Assembly (NCBI GenBank): GCA_963713375.1
Contig: CAVQLP010000010.1
Location: forward strand, 7,969 to 71,968
Length of the DNA stretch: 64,000 nt
Direction: 5' to 3'
Source: an uncultured Acidimicrobiaceae bacterium
GTDB taxonomy: Bacteria > Actinomycetota > Acidimicrobiia > Acidimicrobiales > RAAP-2
Shown here piece by piece: positions 10,236 to 21,709 of this stretch. The number at the start of each line of letters is the position of its first letter. The first letter of the stretch is position 1. Made by a program: the position numbers and the translations under genes. The notes under the pieces are model-generated. The model saw only the letters and a program-made list of their open reading frames with translations, was not told where the DNA came from and did not search any database.

Positions 10236-11730
10236 GTCGTGATTGTGTCATGACGGCCTGACCCGTGGCGGGGGCATCCCGCCGCGGGTCACCGTTTTGG
10301 GGTGGCGAGTCAGCGCCTCCCGGGGGACTCCTCTAGGTGCCTCAGGTCACCGTGAAGTTCGAGGACGAGGTGGCGGCACCCTTCGGCGTCTTCACCGTGA
10401 TCGGTCCGGTGGTTGCCCCCGAGGGAACCTTGACAACGATCTGGGTGGCGGTATCGGAGCTGACCTTTGCCTTCACCCCGTTGAACGTCACCAACGTTGC
10501 CCCCGTCAGTCCCTTCCCGGTGATCGTCACCTTTTTCCCGACGGGGCCCGATACCGGGCTGAACTTGGTGATCGAGACGGGCGACGCGCCGGTGGTGGCG
10601 TCGACCAGCTGGTTTTCCACGTTCTCCGGCGCCCCCTTGACGAGCGGGACGACGGCGTACTCGGAAGTGGTGCCTCCGGGCAGCCCGGTGAGCGTGTCCT
10701 GGGTCACCGCTCCCACCGTGGCCAGAGGCGAACCGCTGAACTGCGTCAAGGAGAGGTCCGGCGGATTGGGGATCGGGTTGGGCCACCCGGTGGTCGACCA
10801 GATCTGGTAGCCGGTGGCCCCGGGGACGGCCTGCCATTTGAGCTGGACCCCTCCCGCCTTGCCCGTGGCACTCGCGGTGAGCCGACCACCCTGGTCCGGC
10901 TGTGCACTGATCACCGCCGTATCGTCCACGGCCCCACCCGCTTCCTTCTCGGTCACGTACGACAGGTTCGGAAGGAGATCGCCCGAGAGATCGGGGTAGA
11001 GGATGCCGCTGAGCGAGAGAGTCTGGCCCGGGTCGAGCTCGGGTGTGCTCGTGCTCATCTGCTGATCGGGCTGGTAGACGAAGTTGATCGCCCCCTGGGT
11101 CAGGAACTCGAGACCCACGTTGTAGAGCGGTATCGAATCCCCCGGATCAGAGTTGGTCACATTCGTGATCGAGACCGTGACCGCGTAGGGCTCTCGCACC
11201 GTGGCCGTGGCGTCCGCGCTGACCGATAGCTGGATGGCCGAGAGACCCCAGACGTGAATCGGGTTCGGATCGGTGGCCTGGATCTGCACGGGAAGCCCGA
11301 CCGGGTCGAGGGTGGCGCTGTAGCTGGCCGAGATGTTCCAGTCACCCTCTTCGTCACCTCGCAGCAGCCAGTCGACCGTGGCCGAACCGCCCCCTGAGAT
11401 GTCAGGGACGCTCTGGAGCGCCGGCTGCGCCTGCCCGAAGAGCGCGGGCAAGGCAAGGGGGCTCGAACCGTCAGGGGCCACCGGCAGGTTCAGCTGCGCC
11501 GCCCCACCCGTGAGGGTGAAGCCCGACGAACCGAGGTTCGTCACGGTCATGGATACGTCGTAGAACTCCTTGAGCCACTGGGCCTGCACGGGGATCACCA
11601 GCTCCAGGAGCTCGGGGGTGTTGTCCACGTACTGGACCTGAGCCACGACCGTGTAACCCGAGCCGGTGCCTTCGGTGCCGGGGACTGACGGTCCGCTGCA
11701 GCTGAATCCGCTGCAACCGATGTCGTCCGC

Positions 11731-11771
11731 CCCTCCGCCACCTCCTCCGCCACCGCCACCGCCACCGCCGA
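11731..11771 (-). repeat. GGN-codon run encoding 13 consecutive glycines
   Basis: GFGGGGGGGGGGGGGADD in the 949-aa ORF. The plus strand reads cctccgccacctcctccgccaccgccaccgccaccgccg. Confidence 0.85.
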
Positions 11772-13609
11772 AGCCCGTGCCGGATCCCACGAAGCCGCCG
11801 CCCTGGGAGACGTAACCACTAAGCGTCAGCGGGGTCGAGCCGAAGACGAGGTGGATGTCGAACTGGTAGATGTTGTAGTTGTTCGGGTCGCTGAGATCGA
11901 TGCCGTCGTTGACCAGCGTCTGCACATCGGTCACCCGGCTCGAGGTCACGGATTCGGTGGCGATGCCGCCTGGAGTCAGCGCGATGGATGTCGAGCCCGT
12001 CCCCCCGTGCACCGTGAGCGTGCCTTGGTTCGGGTCGTAGCCCGACCCGACGACGTAGACGGTGTACGCGCCGTCGGCCAGCCCGTTCAGGGCCGCCGAG
12101 CCGCTGCCGTTCGTCGATGCCTGGTACTGCTGGCCACCGGCGCTCATGACGACGACGTCTGCACCCGACACAGGTTGCGAGGTCGAGGCATCGGTCACCG
12201 AGACCGTGGGCGACGTGTTCACCGGCGCCTCCACGGTGATGGTGGTGCTGTCGGTATCGGTGTCCGAACCCGTTTGCACGGTCAGCGTGGCCGTGTAGGT
12301 GCCGGGATTGGCGAAGGTGACTCCGGGGACGACCTTGCCCGAGAAGCTCTCGTTGACCGAACCTCCGGTGACCGTCCACCCGTAGCTCAGGATGCAACAG
12401 GCCGGCGTGGAACCGGACCCGTCGAGGGTGACGCCCTGGGGATCGTTGGCCGTCGTGGTCAGGTTGGGTCCGGCGTTGGCCACCAAGGGCTGACCCTGGT
12501 CGACCGAGACGGTCGTGGTTGCCTGGGCCGTCGCCCCAGCCGGGTCACTCACCTGGACGGAGACGCTGTAGGAGTCGGCGTCGGCGTAGGCGTGTTGCAC
12601 GGTAACCGGGCTCCCCGAGTAGTTGCCATTGGTCGAATTACCGTCCCCGTACTGCACGGTGTAGGTCAGCGGATTGCCGTCGGGATCCGACGCGGTCACC
12701 GTGATGCCGACCTGCGCCCCGACGGTGGTCTCGGTCGGGGAGGCCGAAACCTGCACGGTTGGTGGATGGTCCACGAAGAGGGTGAAGTCCTGGGTGGCGT
12801 GGGTCCCGCCACTTGTCGCGGTAATCGTCAGCGGATACGAGCTGCTGCTCGCGCTGGACGCGTTCCCGGAGAGCGTGCCGGTTCCATTGCCGTTGTCCAC
12901 AAAGGACACCCCGGCGGGAAGGGTCCCGCCCACGGAGAGCGTGGGCTTCGGGTACCCGTAGGCCTGGACCGTAAAGGAGCTCGCAGTTCCCGCGATGAAG
13001 GTCTGCGAGTTGGCCGAGGTGATGGATGGACTCTCGTCCACGGTCAGGGTGAACGATTGCGTCGCGGAGGGCACGTAGCCGTTGGTGGCAATCAGCGTGA
13101 TCGGGTAGACCCCGCCCGAACCCGGCGACGGCGTTCCGGAGAGGGTGGCGGTGCCGTTGCCGTTGTCGACGAGCGACACACCGGCGGGCAAGGCCCCGCT
13201 CTCGCCGAAGCCCGGTGACGGCGAGCCTGTCGCCGAGACGGTGAACGTGTTGGAGGAACCGGCGGTAAAGGTCGCGCTCGGCGCCAGAGGTGAAGGCAGG
13301 TGCGGTTGCCATGACGTCGGTGGCTACGAGCTGGACGCCACTCGTCGGGTAGTCCACGTCGTAGATCTGCGAACCGAAACGCGTGCAGGTGTACTGGCCC
13401 GTGACGTACGGCGGTGGTCACGACGCTCAGCTCTGTGCCGGTCGGCAGATTCGGCCCCGAGGTACCGATGCAGCCACCCAAAGTGGGTGTTCCTCCATTG
13501 AACGAGCCGGTATCACCCGCTGCGTCGTGGGCGAAGCTCGTGACACCAGTGCCTCCCTGGACAAACGTTCCAGGTTCGACGACTCCGGCCGTCGTTACGT
13601 TGAGAGCCG

Positions 13610-15360
13610 CGTCGTTGGTGAACGACGGACTCTTCGTTGTCGAGATTGCCGGCGACGTTGACGGTGCCTGCGTTGTCGAAGGTGCCGGTGTCGTTGAGCA
13701 CGGCAGCGGCGCTGCCGGCGTTGACGTCGAAGGTGCCCGTGTTGGTCAGGGTGTGCCCGTTGAGATCGAGGTAGGTGGTTATACGGAGTCGAGGTTTCCA
13801 TCGAGATCGTCCCGGCACTGGTCAGGTCGTTGCCCAACAAGAGCGTGCCGTCGTAGGTGACGTCGATGCTCTGGCCCGCCTCGAGCGGGCCGCCCTGCAC
13901 CGTCATGGTGCCGTCGCTCGCCAAGAAGGAGGCTGCGCCACCGCCGGCGAGCACCAGGGTGGTGGGGGTGATGGGATTGCCCGTGTTCGTGCCGCCGGCC
14001 TGGGTGTAGGTCCCATCGGCGAAGGAACCGGCTCCGGTGACGGCGATCGAGCCGCCGGTGGAGTTGGTGAACGAGGACACTTCGTCGTAGAGGGTCCCGG
14101 CGACGTTGACGGTGCCTGCGTTGTCGAAGGTCCCGGTGTCGTCGAGCGACGGCAGCGTCGCTGCCCGCGTTGACGTCGAAGGTGCCCGTGTTGGTCAGGG
14201 TGTGCCCGTTGAGATCGAGGTAGGTGTTATACGGAGTCGAGGTTTCCATCGAGATCGTCCCGGCACTGGTCAGGTCGTTGCCCAACAAGAGCGTGCCGTC
14301 GTAGGTGACGTCGATGCTCTGGCCCGCCTCGAGCGGACCGCCCTGCACCGTCATGGTGCCGTCGCTCGCCAAGAAGGAGGCTGCGCCACCGCCGGCGAGC
14401 ACCAGGGTGGTCGGGGGTGATGGGATTGCCCGTGTTCGTGCCGCCGGCCTGGGTGTAGGTCCCATCGGCGAAGGAACCGGCGTCCGGTGACGGCGATCGA
14501 GCCGCCGGTGGAGTTGGTGAACGAGGACACTTCGTCGTAGAAGGTCCCGGCGAGTTGACGGTGCCTGCGTTGTCGAAGGTGCCTGTGTCGTCGAACGAGG
14601 CAGCGTCACTGCCAGCGTTGACGTCGAAGGTGCCCGTGTTGGTCAGGGTGTGCCCGTTGAGATCGAGGTAGGTGGTCATACGGAGTCGAGGTTTCCATCG
14701 AGATCGTCCCGGCACTGGTCAGGTCGTTGCCCAACAAGAGCGTGCCGTCGTAGGTGACGTCGATGCTCTGGCCCGCCTCGAGCGGACCGCCCTGCACCGT
14801 CGTGGTGCCGTCGCTCGCCGAGAAGGAGGCTGCGCCACCGCCGGCGAGCACCAGGGTGGTGGGGGTGATCGGATTGCCCGTGTTCGTGCCGCCGGCCTGG
14901 GTGTAGGTCCCATCGGCGAAGGAACCGGCTCCGGTGACAGCGATCGAGCCGCCGGTGGAGTTGGTGAACGACGTGGCACTTCGTCATAGAGGGTCCCGGC
15001 GACGTTGACGGTGCCTGCGTTGTCGAAGGTGCCTGTGTCGTACAACGAGGCAGCGTTACTGCCAGCGTTGACGTCGAAGGTGCCCGTGTTGGTCAGGGTG
15101 TGCCCGTTGAGATCGAGGTAGGAGGTCATACGGAGCCGAGGTTTCCATCGAGATGGTCCCGGCACTGGTCAGGTCGTTGCCCAGCAAGAGCGTCCCGTCG
15201 TAGGTGACGTCGATGCTCTGGCCCGCCTCGAGCGGACCGCCCTGCACGGTCGTGGTGCCGTCGCTCGCCAAGAAGGAGGCGGCGCCACCGCCGGCGAGGA
15301 CCAGGGTGGAGGGGGTGATGGGATTGCCCGTGTTCGAGCCGCCGGCCTGTACGAAGGCGC
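13610..15360 (-). repeat. four tandem ~449-bp coding units (beta-helix module) inside the surface-protein gene
   Basis: The marker gttggtcagggtgtgcccgttgagatcgag recurs at 13741, 14190, 14638 and 15088, giving spacings of 449, 448 and 450 bp. Unit protein: TYLDLNGHTLTNTGTFDVNAGS..DTGTFDNAGTVN..FTNSTGGSIAVTGAGSFADGTYTQAGGTNTGNPITP..LVLAGGGAASFLASDGTMTVQGGPLEAGQSIDVTYDGTLLLGNDLTSAGTISMETSTPY. Confidence 0.85.
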
Positions 15361-16849
15361 CGACCTCCAGCTGCCCCGCCGTCGACTCCGTGATCGATCC
15401 ACCGGTAGCCATTCACCACGAACAGGTCCGGGTCGTACAGAGTGCCATTGATCGAAATCGATCCCGTGTTCTCAATCGAGCCGATCGCTAAAATTGGCGA
15501 CTCCCCCGCCCGAACCGATCGTCACGCTTCCGGCGTTGGTCACCACGCCGCCGCTAAGTTCGAGAGAAGAGTCGTTTCCGTCAGTCTCCATCGACACTGC
15601 GCCGTGCGAGCCGATGGAGGCGTTGCCGCTCGACGTAGATCGAGCTCCCGGCGGGTATGTCGAGCGTCTCGGTCTTCGCGGTGCCTCCCACGCTGAGGAC
15701 ATTCACCGAGAACGAAGAGTCAACCGTCACCGTGTAGCTCGCAGTGCTGACCGCGATGCAGACATTGTCACTGCTGGTCGGCACACCCGCCGGAGACCAG
15801 TCGCTCGCGTCCGACCAGTTGCCGCTCACAGCCTTGGCCCAGGACTTGGTGCATTTGGCAGCCGCGGGGCTCGAGACCGTGAAGGTCTGCGCCGAACCAG
15901 TCGCCGCCTGATACTGACCGGTTGCCGTAGCCTGAGCCGTTAGCTTGCAGGTCCCAGCGGCCAGGAAATAAACGGTGTTTCCCTCTGTGCCCGTGCAGAT
16001 CGTCGGCGACGCCGAGGTGACTGAGGTCGTCCCGTTCCCGTCATAGGAGAAGTTCGGGATTGAAGCTCTCTCCGACCAGTGCCGCGCCCGTTCCAGGGAT
16101 GTTCGACACCGAGAGCGGCGTGACGGCCGCCGTCACGGAAAAGGATTGGTCGACCGAGGGAGCGGCGGCGTACGTGTCATTGCCTGCTTGGTCGGCCTGC
16201 ACCGTGCACGTGCCAGACCCTTCGATGTCGATCGTCGAGCCATTGGTCCCGCCCGAAGAACACACCCCAGACGAGTTGCCCACGGTTGAGAACGTGACCG
16301 CCAATCCCGAGGAAGCCGTGGCTGACACCGTGAAGGGCGCATCGCCATAGACGTGACCGGTCAAGGCGCCAAAGGAGATCGATTGCGGGGTCGATCCCGT
16401 CGCGCTCGCCGGGGCGGCAAGGCCCACCGCCGAACCCAGGAGGCCGAGGATCAGCGCTCCCGACATGAGCAGCGTGCGGCGTCCCCGAACGCTTGAAATG
16501 CCGAAGCCTCATTGAGCGGTCGCCCACAGGGCGCGCCTTATCCCGTTTCCCGAAAGCCATCGAAACCCCTTCCCAGTCCTGGCGACCCAGCAACGGGCAC
16601 GCGGCGAGCTTCGCGGAGTCACGATCCCCGGTGACGTGACACGGCCGTTTCAGGGGTAAGACTTGATCGAATCATGTCGGAAGTCAATCGGAAAGAAGTT
16701 GCTTGTGACATATGGGTTACGGAGGTGACTTTGTGGTTGTTTTCAGCGATTTCGGACTGAGTACATAGCTGAGAGAATCCTGAGAGACCGGCGTGCAGGC
16801 TCCCGGTGCGTTGGCCCGGCCCGGAAGGACCTCCCGGTACAACGGACAG

Positions 16850-17482
16850 ATGGCCAGTCCTCCGAGCGCACCGTCCCTCGCCTGGCAGCCTTCGCTGTGG
16901 GGAGACCAGACAACCGGCATCGACGCCTCCTTCACCGGCCTGCGACGAATCCTGCTCGACAAGGATTCGTGGGTGGACCATTGCCCGCGCTGGCTGACGG
17001 GTTCTGACCAGGCCTTCGAGGAGTTACTGCGCAAGGTCACCTGGAGCCAGCGGCGCCGTCGGATGTACGACCGGGTGGTCGACGAACCGCGGCTCACCTC
17101 GTGGCAGCGGATCGACGACCAGACCGCTGTCCCCTATCAGTGGCTCGACGATGTCCGAGTGGCCTTGTCCGCCCGATACGACGTGCAATTCGACTCGGTG
17201 GGCATCAATCTCTACCGCGACGGTGCCGACAGCGTCGCCTGGCATCGGGACCGGATACCGGCCGAGATCGTCGATCCCATGGTGGCCCTGGTGTCGCTCG
17301 GTGAACCACGCACCTTCTTGCTGCGTCCCCTCGGAGGCGGGAAGTCGCGCTCGTTCAGGCTCGGTCAGGGCGACCTTCTCGTGACGGGCGGCCAGACCCA
17401 GCGCCGCTTCGAGCACAGCGTCCCGAAGGTGAAGGCGTCGGGCCCCCGGATGAGCGTCGTCTTCCGGCACGGGGTCGTTTGA
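16850..17482 (+). CDS. alkB: alpha-ketoglutarate-dependent dioxygenase AlkB
   Basis: INLYRDGADSVAWHRD (HxD), GDLLVTGG and RFEHSVPK..RMSVVFR, a typical AlkB core. The ORF is open from 16793, and M20 at 16850 is preferred. Confidence 0.8.
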   Translation: MASPPSAPSLAWQPSLWGDQTTGIDASFTGLRRILLDKDSWVDHCPRWLTGSDQAFEELLRKVTWSQRRRRMYDRVVDEPRLTSWQRIDDQTAVPYQWLDDVRVALSARYDVQFDSVGINLYRDGADSVAWHRDRIPAEIVDPMVALVSLGEPRTFLLRPLGGGKSRSFRLGQGDLLVTGGQTQRRFEHSVPKVKASGPRMSVVFRHGVV

Positions 17483-17849
17483 GCGCCCCATCCGAGCCTC
17501 GATGCGTTCCCGGGGCTTACTCGACAGGCCCGGGCCCCGGTCCCCGGGAGAGAACGGCGCCCGTGGGACCAGGGCGGTGATCGGGCCCTGTCCGCCTCCG
17601 CCGAGCTGGTGAGGGGAGTCAGTTCGGCTGGAGGTTGTTGCTGGCATACCCGGAATCAGACGGCGAAACCGTGGATATCGGTGGCCGGGCAGCAGGAGAC
17701 GGACAAGGCGATGCGGTCCCCACGTGATAACGGCAGTTCCTGCGGCTGACCAGGGAGCCTGACGTCGTGTGTCAGTTTCGTGACAGAGAGACCTTCGGGC
17801 CATAAAAGGGTGTGTCAACACATGGGAGCCGGTGTCGTGACACATCGGA

Positions 17850-17894
17850 GGGAGCCTGAGGCCGGATTCGAACCAACGACCTGCCCATTGCGAG
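17850..17894 (-). other. orphan tRNA 3' half (anticodon loop to acceptor end); putative displaced att-site copy
   Basis: 38 of 45 nt are identical to 24582-24626 of tRNA-Thr, in the same orientation. The T-arm is still foldable (GTTGG TTCGAAT CCGGC). There is no matching 5' half upstream. Confidence 0.6.
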
Positions 17895-18160
17895 AGAGGT
17901 GGAAGACAGCCGGTCGGGCCCCATCCCATCCCACCATGAGCCGACCTGCCCTGTTCAGAGAAGCCATGCCAGCGAACGTGGAACGAGTCGAGCCCGGCTG
18001 GAAGTCTGGCGCGGGGACCGACCACGTGTATCGCCGAAACGGCGCCATGAAGGATCTCACGAGACTCGGGACCGCACCAGAATCTCGCCAGGTCACGGCT
18101 GGTAGCGTCGTTGGGCACAGTGGGCCGACGAGACATAGGATCGTGGGTGGCGGACCGTCG

Positions 18161-21100
18161 GTGATCAAGCTCGTACGTGTTCTCGGCAACGTGTGCGCGG
18201 TCGCGCCCGACGGTGACATCGTCGAGATCCCGAGCGTGAGCCAACGCCGACTCCTCGGGTTGCTCGCTTTGCATACGACCCAGCGGCTGCGCACCGACTG
18301 GCTCGCCGACGTTCTCGAAATCTCTCCGGGGGCGCTGAGGAGATCGGTGTCGCGACTGCGCACGGTGCTCGGCCCGGACTCCCTGGTGACAGCGACCACG
18401 GGCTACACCCTCACCTGTGACGTCGACGCGGTCCTCTTCTGCAATCAGGTCGCAAGAGCATCTGATGCGACCGACCGCATGGCGACCCTCCAGCGGGCCG
18501 TCGGGCTCTGGGGCGGAGCCGCCCTCGAGGAATTCGACGGTGAGGGCTGGGCCCGCGGCGAGATCGCCCGATTGACGGAGATCCACGGAGCTGCTGTCGA
18601 CGATCTTGCCGACGAGCTCATCTCGGCCCATCGGCCGGAGGATGCGATCGCTCTCCTCGAAAGCCAGATTGCCCGGTATCCGTACCGAGACCGACCCCGG
18701 GGCCTCCTCATCCGTGCGCTTGCCCTCGCTGGTCGGCAGGCTGATGCGCTCCGGGGGTTCCAGAACTATCGCTCGGTCCTCGCCGATGAGCTGGGCACCG
18801 AACCCTCGCCCGAGGTCGTGCGGATCGAGCGAAGGGTTGCCACCGGATGGGACGGGGCCAGCTCAGAGACGGGCACTGACGACGACCCGTGGTGCGGCCG
18901 TTTTTCCGATCCCGGGACAGCTCTCTCGGAGCGATCCCTTCGTGGGTCGATCTGCGGAGCGCGAGGCACTGCTCGCCGAACTGGCGCTGGTGGCCACCAC
19001 GGGCCTGCGCTGCGCATTCGTCACGGGTGAAGCGGGCATGGGAAAGACGATGCTGCTCGGCGAGCTGGCGCGGTCCACCGAAGGGATGGGCGTCACCGTC
19101 CTCTGGGGCACCTCGGACGAGACGGGAGTGTCCCTCGAGCCCTTCCGCACGATCCTCAGCGCCTGCGTCGATCATGCCGACATCGACTTGTTGAGCGAGC
19201 ACGTGACCCGTTGCGGGGGCGAGCTCGCGAGGCTATGTCCGCGCCTTGTCGCTCGAGTACCGACCGCTCCCCCACCCACTGACTCGGACGACGCGACTCA
19301 GCGATTTCTCACCTTCGAAGCGGTAGCGGACCTCCTCGTCGCGGATCGCGGCACGCGGACGGCTCGTGCTCATGCTCGACGATCTCCAATGGACCGAACC
19401 GACGGCCCTCCTGCTTCTGCGCCATTTGACGCGCTCCCTGGCCACCGCACCGGTGCTCCTGGTCACGAGCAGGCGTGAGCCGGGTGAGCCGGCGTCCGAT
19501 CAGCTCCGCGCCGCGCTGGCCGAGCTGGAGCGGGGCCGAGTTCTGCGGCTTCCGCTCCCCGCCTTCGGCGACGACGAGATCACGGCCCTGGTCTCGGACC
19601 TCCTCCCGTCGACTCCGGACACGGACGCGGAAGCACATCGCGGCCAGAGTGCGCGAGGAGACGGCCGGCAACCCGCTCTACGCGAACGCGGTCATCAGAC
19701 ACTGGGACGAAGCCGGCGGTCCCGGCGGGGATCGGACAATCCCACCGAGCCTCCGTGAGGTGTTGTGGAGCCGAGTCCACGCGCTCGGCGACGAAACTGC
19801 AGATGTGTTGACCACTGCTTCGGTGCTCGGATCCGAGTTTCAAGAGGACCTTCTCATCGAGATGGTCAACATCCCAGAGGCACACATCCGGCAGTGCAAT
19901 CGATGCCTCGGTGACCGCTGGTGTCCTGGTCGACCTGTCGACCTCCCGCCGGACCCTTCGCTTCTCCCACACGCTGATTGCCAATGCGCTCTACGGCGAG
20001 ATCGGCGTTTCGACCCGGGCCCAGCTCCACGAGCAGCGCGGTGCGCGTGCTTTCCAAACGGGCGGGCGAATCGAGCCCCGACGTGGTGGTGCAGCTCGCC
20101 AGGCACAGCACGCTGGCCGGTATGGCGTCCGAAGCGATCCATTGGTCGACGCTCGCCGGCGACGAAGCGCTCAGGCACCTGTCGCCCACGGAGGCTGCGG
20201 GCTACTACCGGAGCGCCCTCGATGCTGCGGTCGAGCTCGGACGACCGCTGGCCGAGCGGGCGGACCTGCTCGTTCGGCTGGGCGAGGCGCAGCATGTCGC
20301 CGGCGAAGCTTCGGCTCTCAGCCACGCTCGCAGCAGGCCGCAAACCTGGCATTGACCAGCGGCAACAACCCGGCCCTCATACGGGTCGGCCCTGGCGGCG
20401 GACCGCGGCTTCATGCGGACAGACGCTGGAGCACCCGAGTTCCTGGCGATCGTGGAGGCGGCCGTCGCGGTCGCCGATCGCTCCGACACGTGGACATATG
20501 CACGCTTGCTCGCCCTACTCTCCCAGAGCCTCGTCTACACGCCCCAGGCGGCACGCCGAATCGCCATCGCGCAGGAGGCGCTGGCTCTGGCCGAGTCTGC
20601 GTCGGACCCCGCCCTTCTCGCCCACGTCGCACCAGCCGTCGTCTCGGCAATCTGGGCGCCAGGGAGCGCACCGATGCGAAGCGCCGTCGCGGCCAGGGCG
20701 CTCACCGCGGCCGAATCCTCGGGAGACCCGCGACTCGAGTTCGCAGTGCGTGTGGTCGCCTACAACGTGGCCGTCGAGTCGGGAGACGCGGCGGTGGCCG
20801 CCCACAGCCTGGCCCGGATCCGCGCCACTGCTCGAGCAGTGGGCGAGCCGCGGCTCCGCTGGATCGCAGGGCTCTACGACACATTCGACGCAATGATGGC
20901 CGGCCGGCTGGACGAAGCCGAGACTCTCGCCGTCGTCCAACCTGGAGCTCGGGACCGCCATCGGGGCCCCCGACGCGTTCACGCTGTTCGCGGGCCAGTA
21001 CTTCGTCATCGCCAACTTTGCGGGCAAGCACGGGGAGCTTCTTTCGCTCGTCGAGCAGGCCGCCAAGGAGAACCCCGGTATTGCACCCTTCGAGCTCGCC

Positions 21101-21619
21101 TACGCGATCACCTGCGCGGTCGTCGGGCGCCGGGACACGGCACACAAGGTCCTCCAGGCTGGCGTGGCCAGCCGTTTCGCTGACGTCCCCGCGGACAACC
21201 TCTGGATGACGCAGGTGATCGGCTATGCCGTTCTGGCGATCGAGCTGCACGACACCGACGCCGCCGCTCTGTTGCTCCCGCTCATCGAGCCATTCGCGGC
21301 CGAGGTGGCGTTCAGCGGTCTGACCAGCCAGGGACCGGTGGGCGCCTACGTCGGCAAGCTGAGCTCATTGCTCGGCCGCCACGAGGAAGCCGAAGATCAC
21401 CTGCGGGCTGCCCTGGCTACCGCCACCGCCTTCGGTTGGACGTACCACCGGGCCACCACGCTCCTCGCCCTGAGCCAGGCTCGATACCGGGGGCGGGGTC
21501 AGCTGGACCCGGAAGCCCGATCCTGGCTCGACGAGGCCTCGGATCTCTGCCGGCGCTTCGGTTTCCGGAGTTGGATACCCCAGATCGACGAACTCGCGGC
21601 AACGATCACTCTGGCCTGA
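18161..21619 (+). pseudogene. SARP/AfsR-type regulator (wHTH + BTAD + AAA ATPase + TPR-like); at least 8 frame changes
   Basis: VRVLGNVCAVAPDGDIVEIP..QRRLLGLLAL (OmpR-type wHTH). BTAD: LQRAVGLWGGAALEEF..RYPYRDRPRGLLIRALALAGRQADALRGFQNYRSVLADELGTEPSPE. Walker A: FVTGEAGMGKTML. Also LMLDDLQWTEP, a long helical tail, and the end SWIPQIDELAATITLA. Start is GTG 18161 or 18143. Confidence 0.7.
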
Positions 21620-21709
21620 CCACTCGCTCGTGACGCGCTCGTGACGCGCCTCGAGGTAGACGATGCGCCCTGGTGCGCGCGTGGCGCACCAGGGCGGAGG
21701 AGCTATCCA

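Larger units (their letters stand above)
10342..16466 (-). pseudogene. giant secreted multidomain surface protein (signal peptide, Ig-like, beta-helix repeats, He_PIG-like, PKD, FN3, C-terminal IPT/TIG); the 3' 2.85 kb is intact and the 5' 3.3 kb has many frame changes
   Basis: N-terminus MSGALILGLLGSAVGLAAPASATG. WSDASDWSPAGVPTSSDNVCI is beta-helix-like. LPAGVSxVDNGNGTxTLSG occurs twice or more. Also present: PKD-like YTVQYGDGNS and SYGWTV, a G13 tract, the FN3-like LKWQAVPGATGYQIW, and the end ITKFSPVSGPVGKKVTITGKGL..GPITVKTPKGAATSSSNFTVT. Confidence 0.7.

Noticed and set aside
13610-15360. Regularly spaced repeats that might suggest a CRISPR array
   Set aside because: The period is about 449 bp with no short repeat/spacer structure. 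The units translate into a coherent beta-helix protein module inside a larger gene.
17024-18631. 535-aa ORF on the minus strand
   Set aside because: It is antisense to alkB and the SARP regulator and runs across the tRNA fragment. Its composition is Arg/Pro/Gly-rich and motif-free, typical of spurious antisense ORFs in high-GC DNA.
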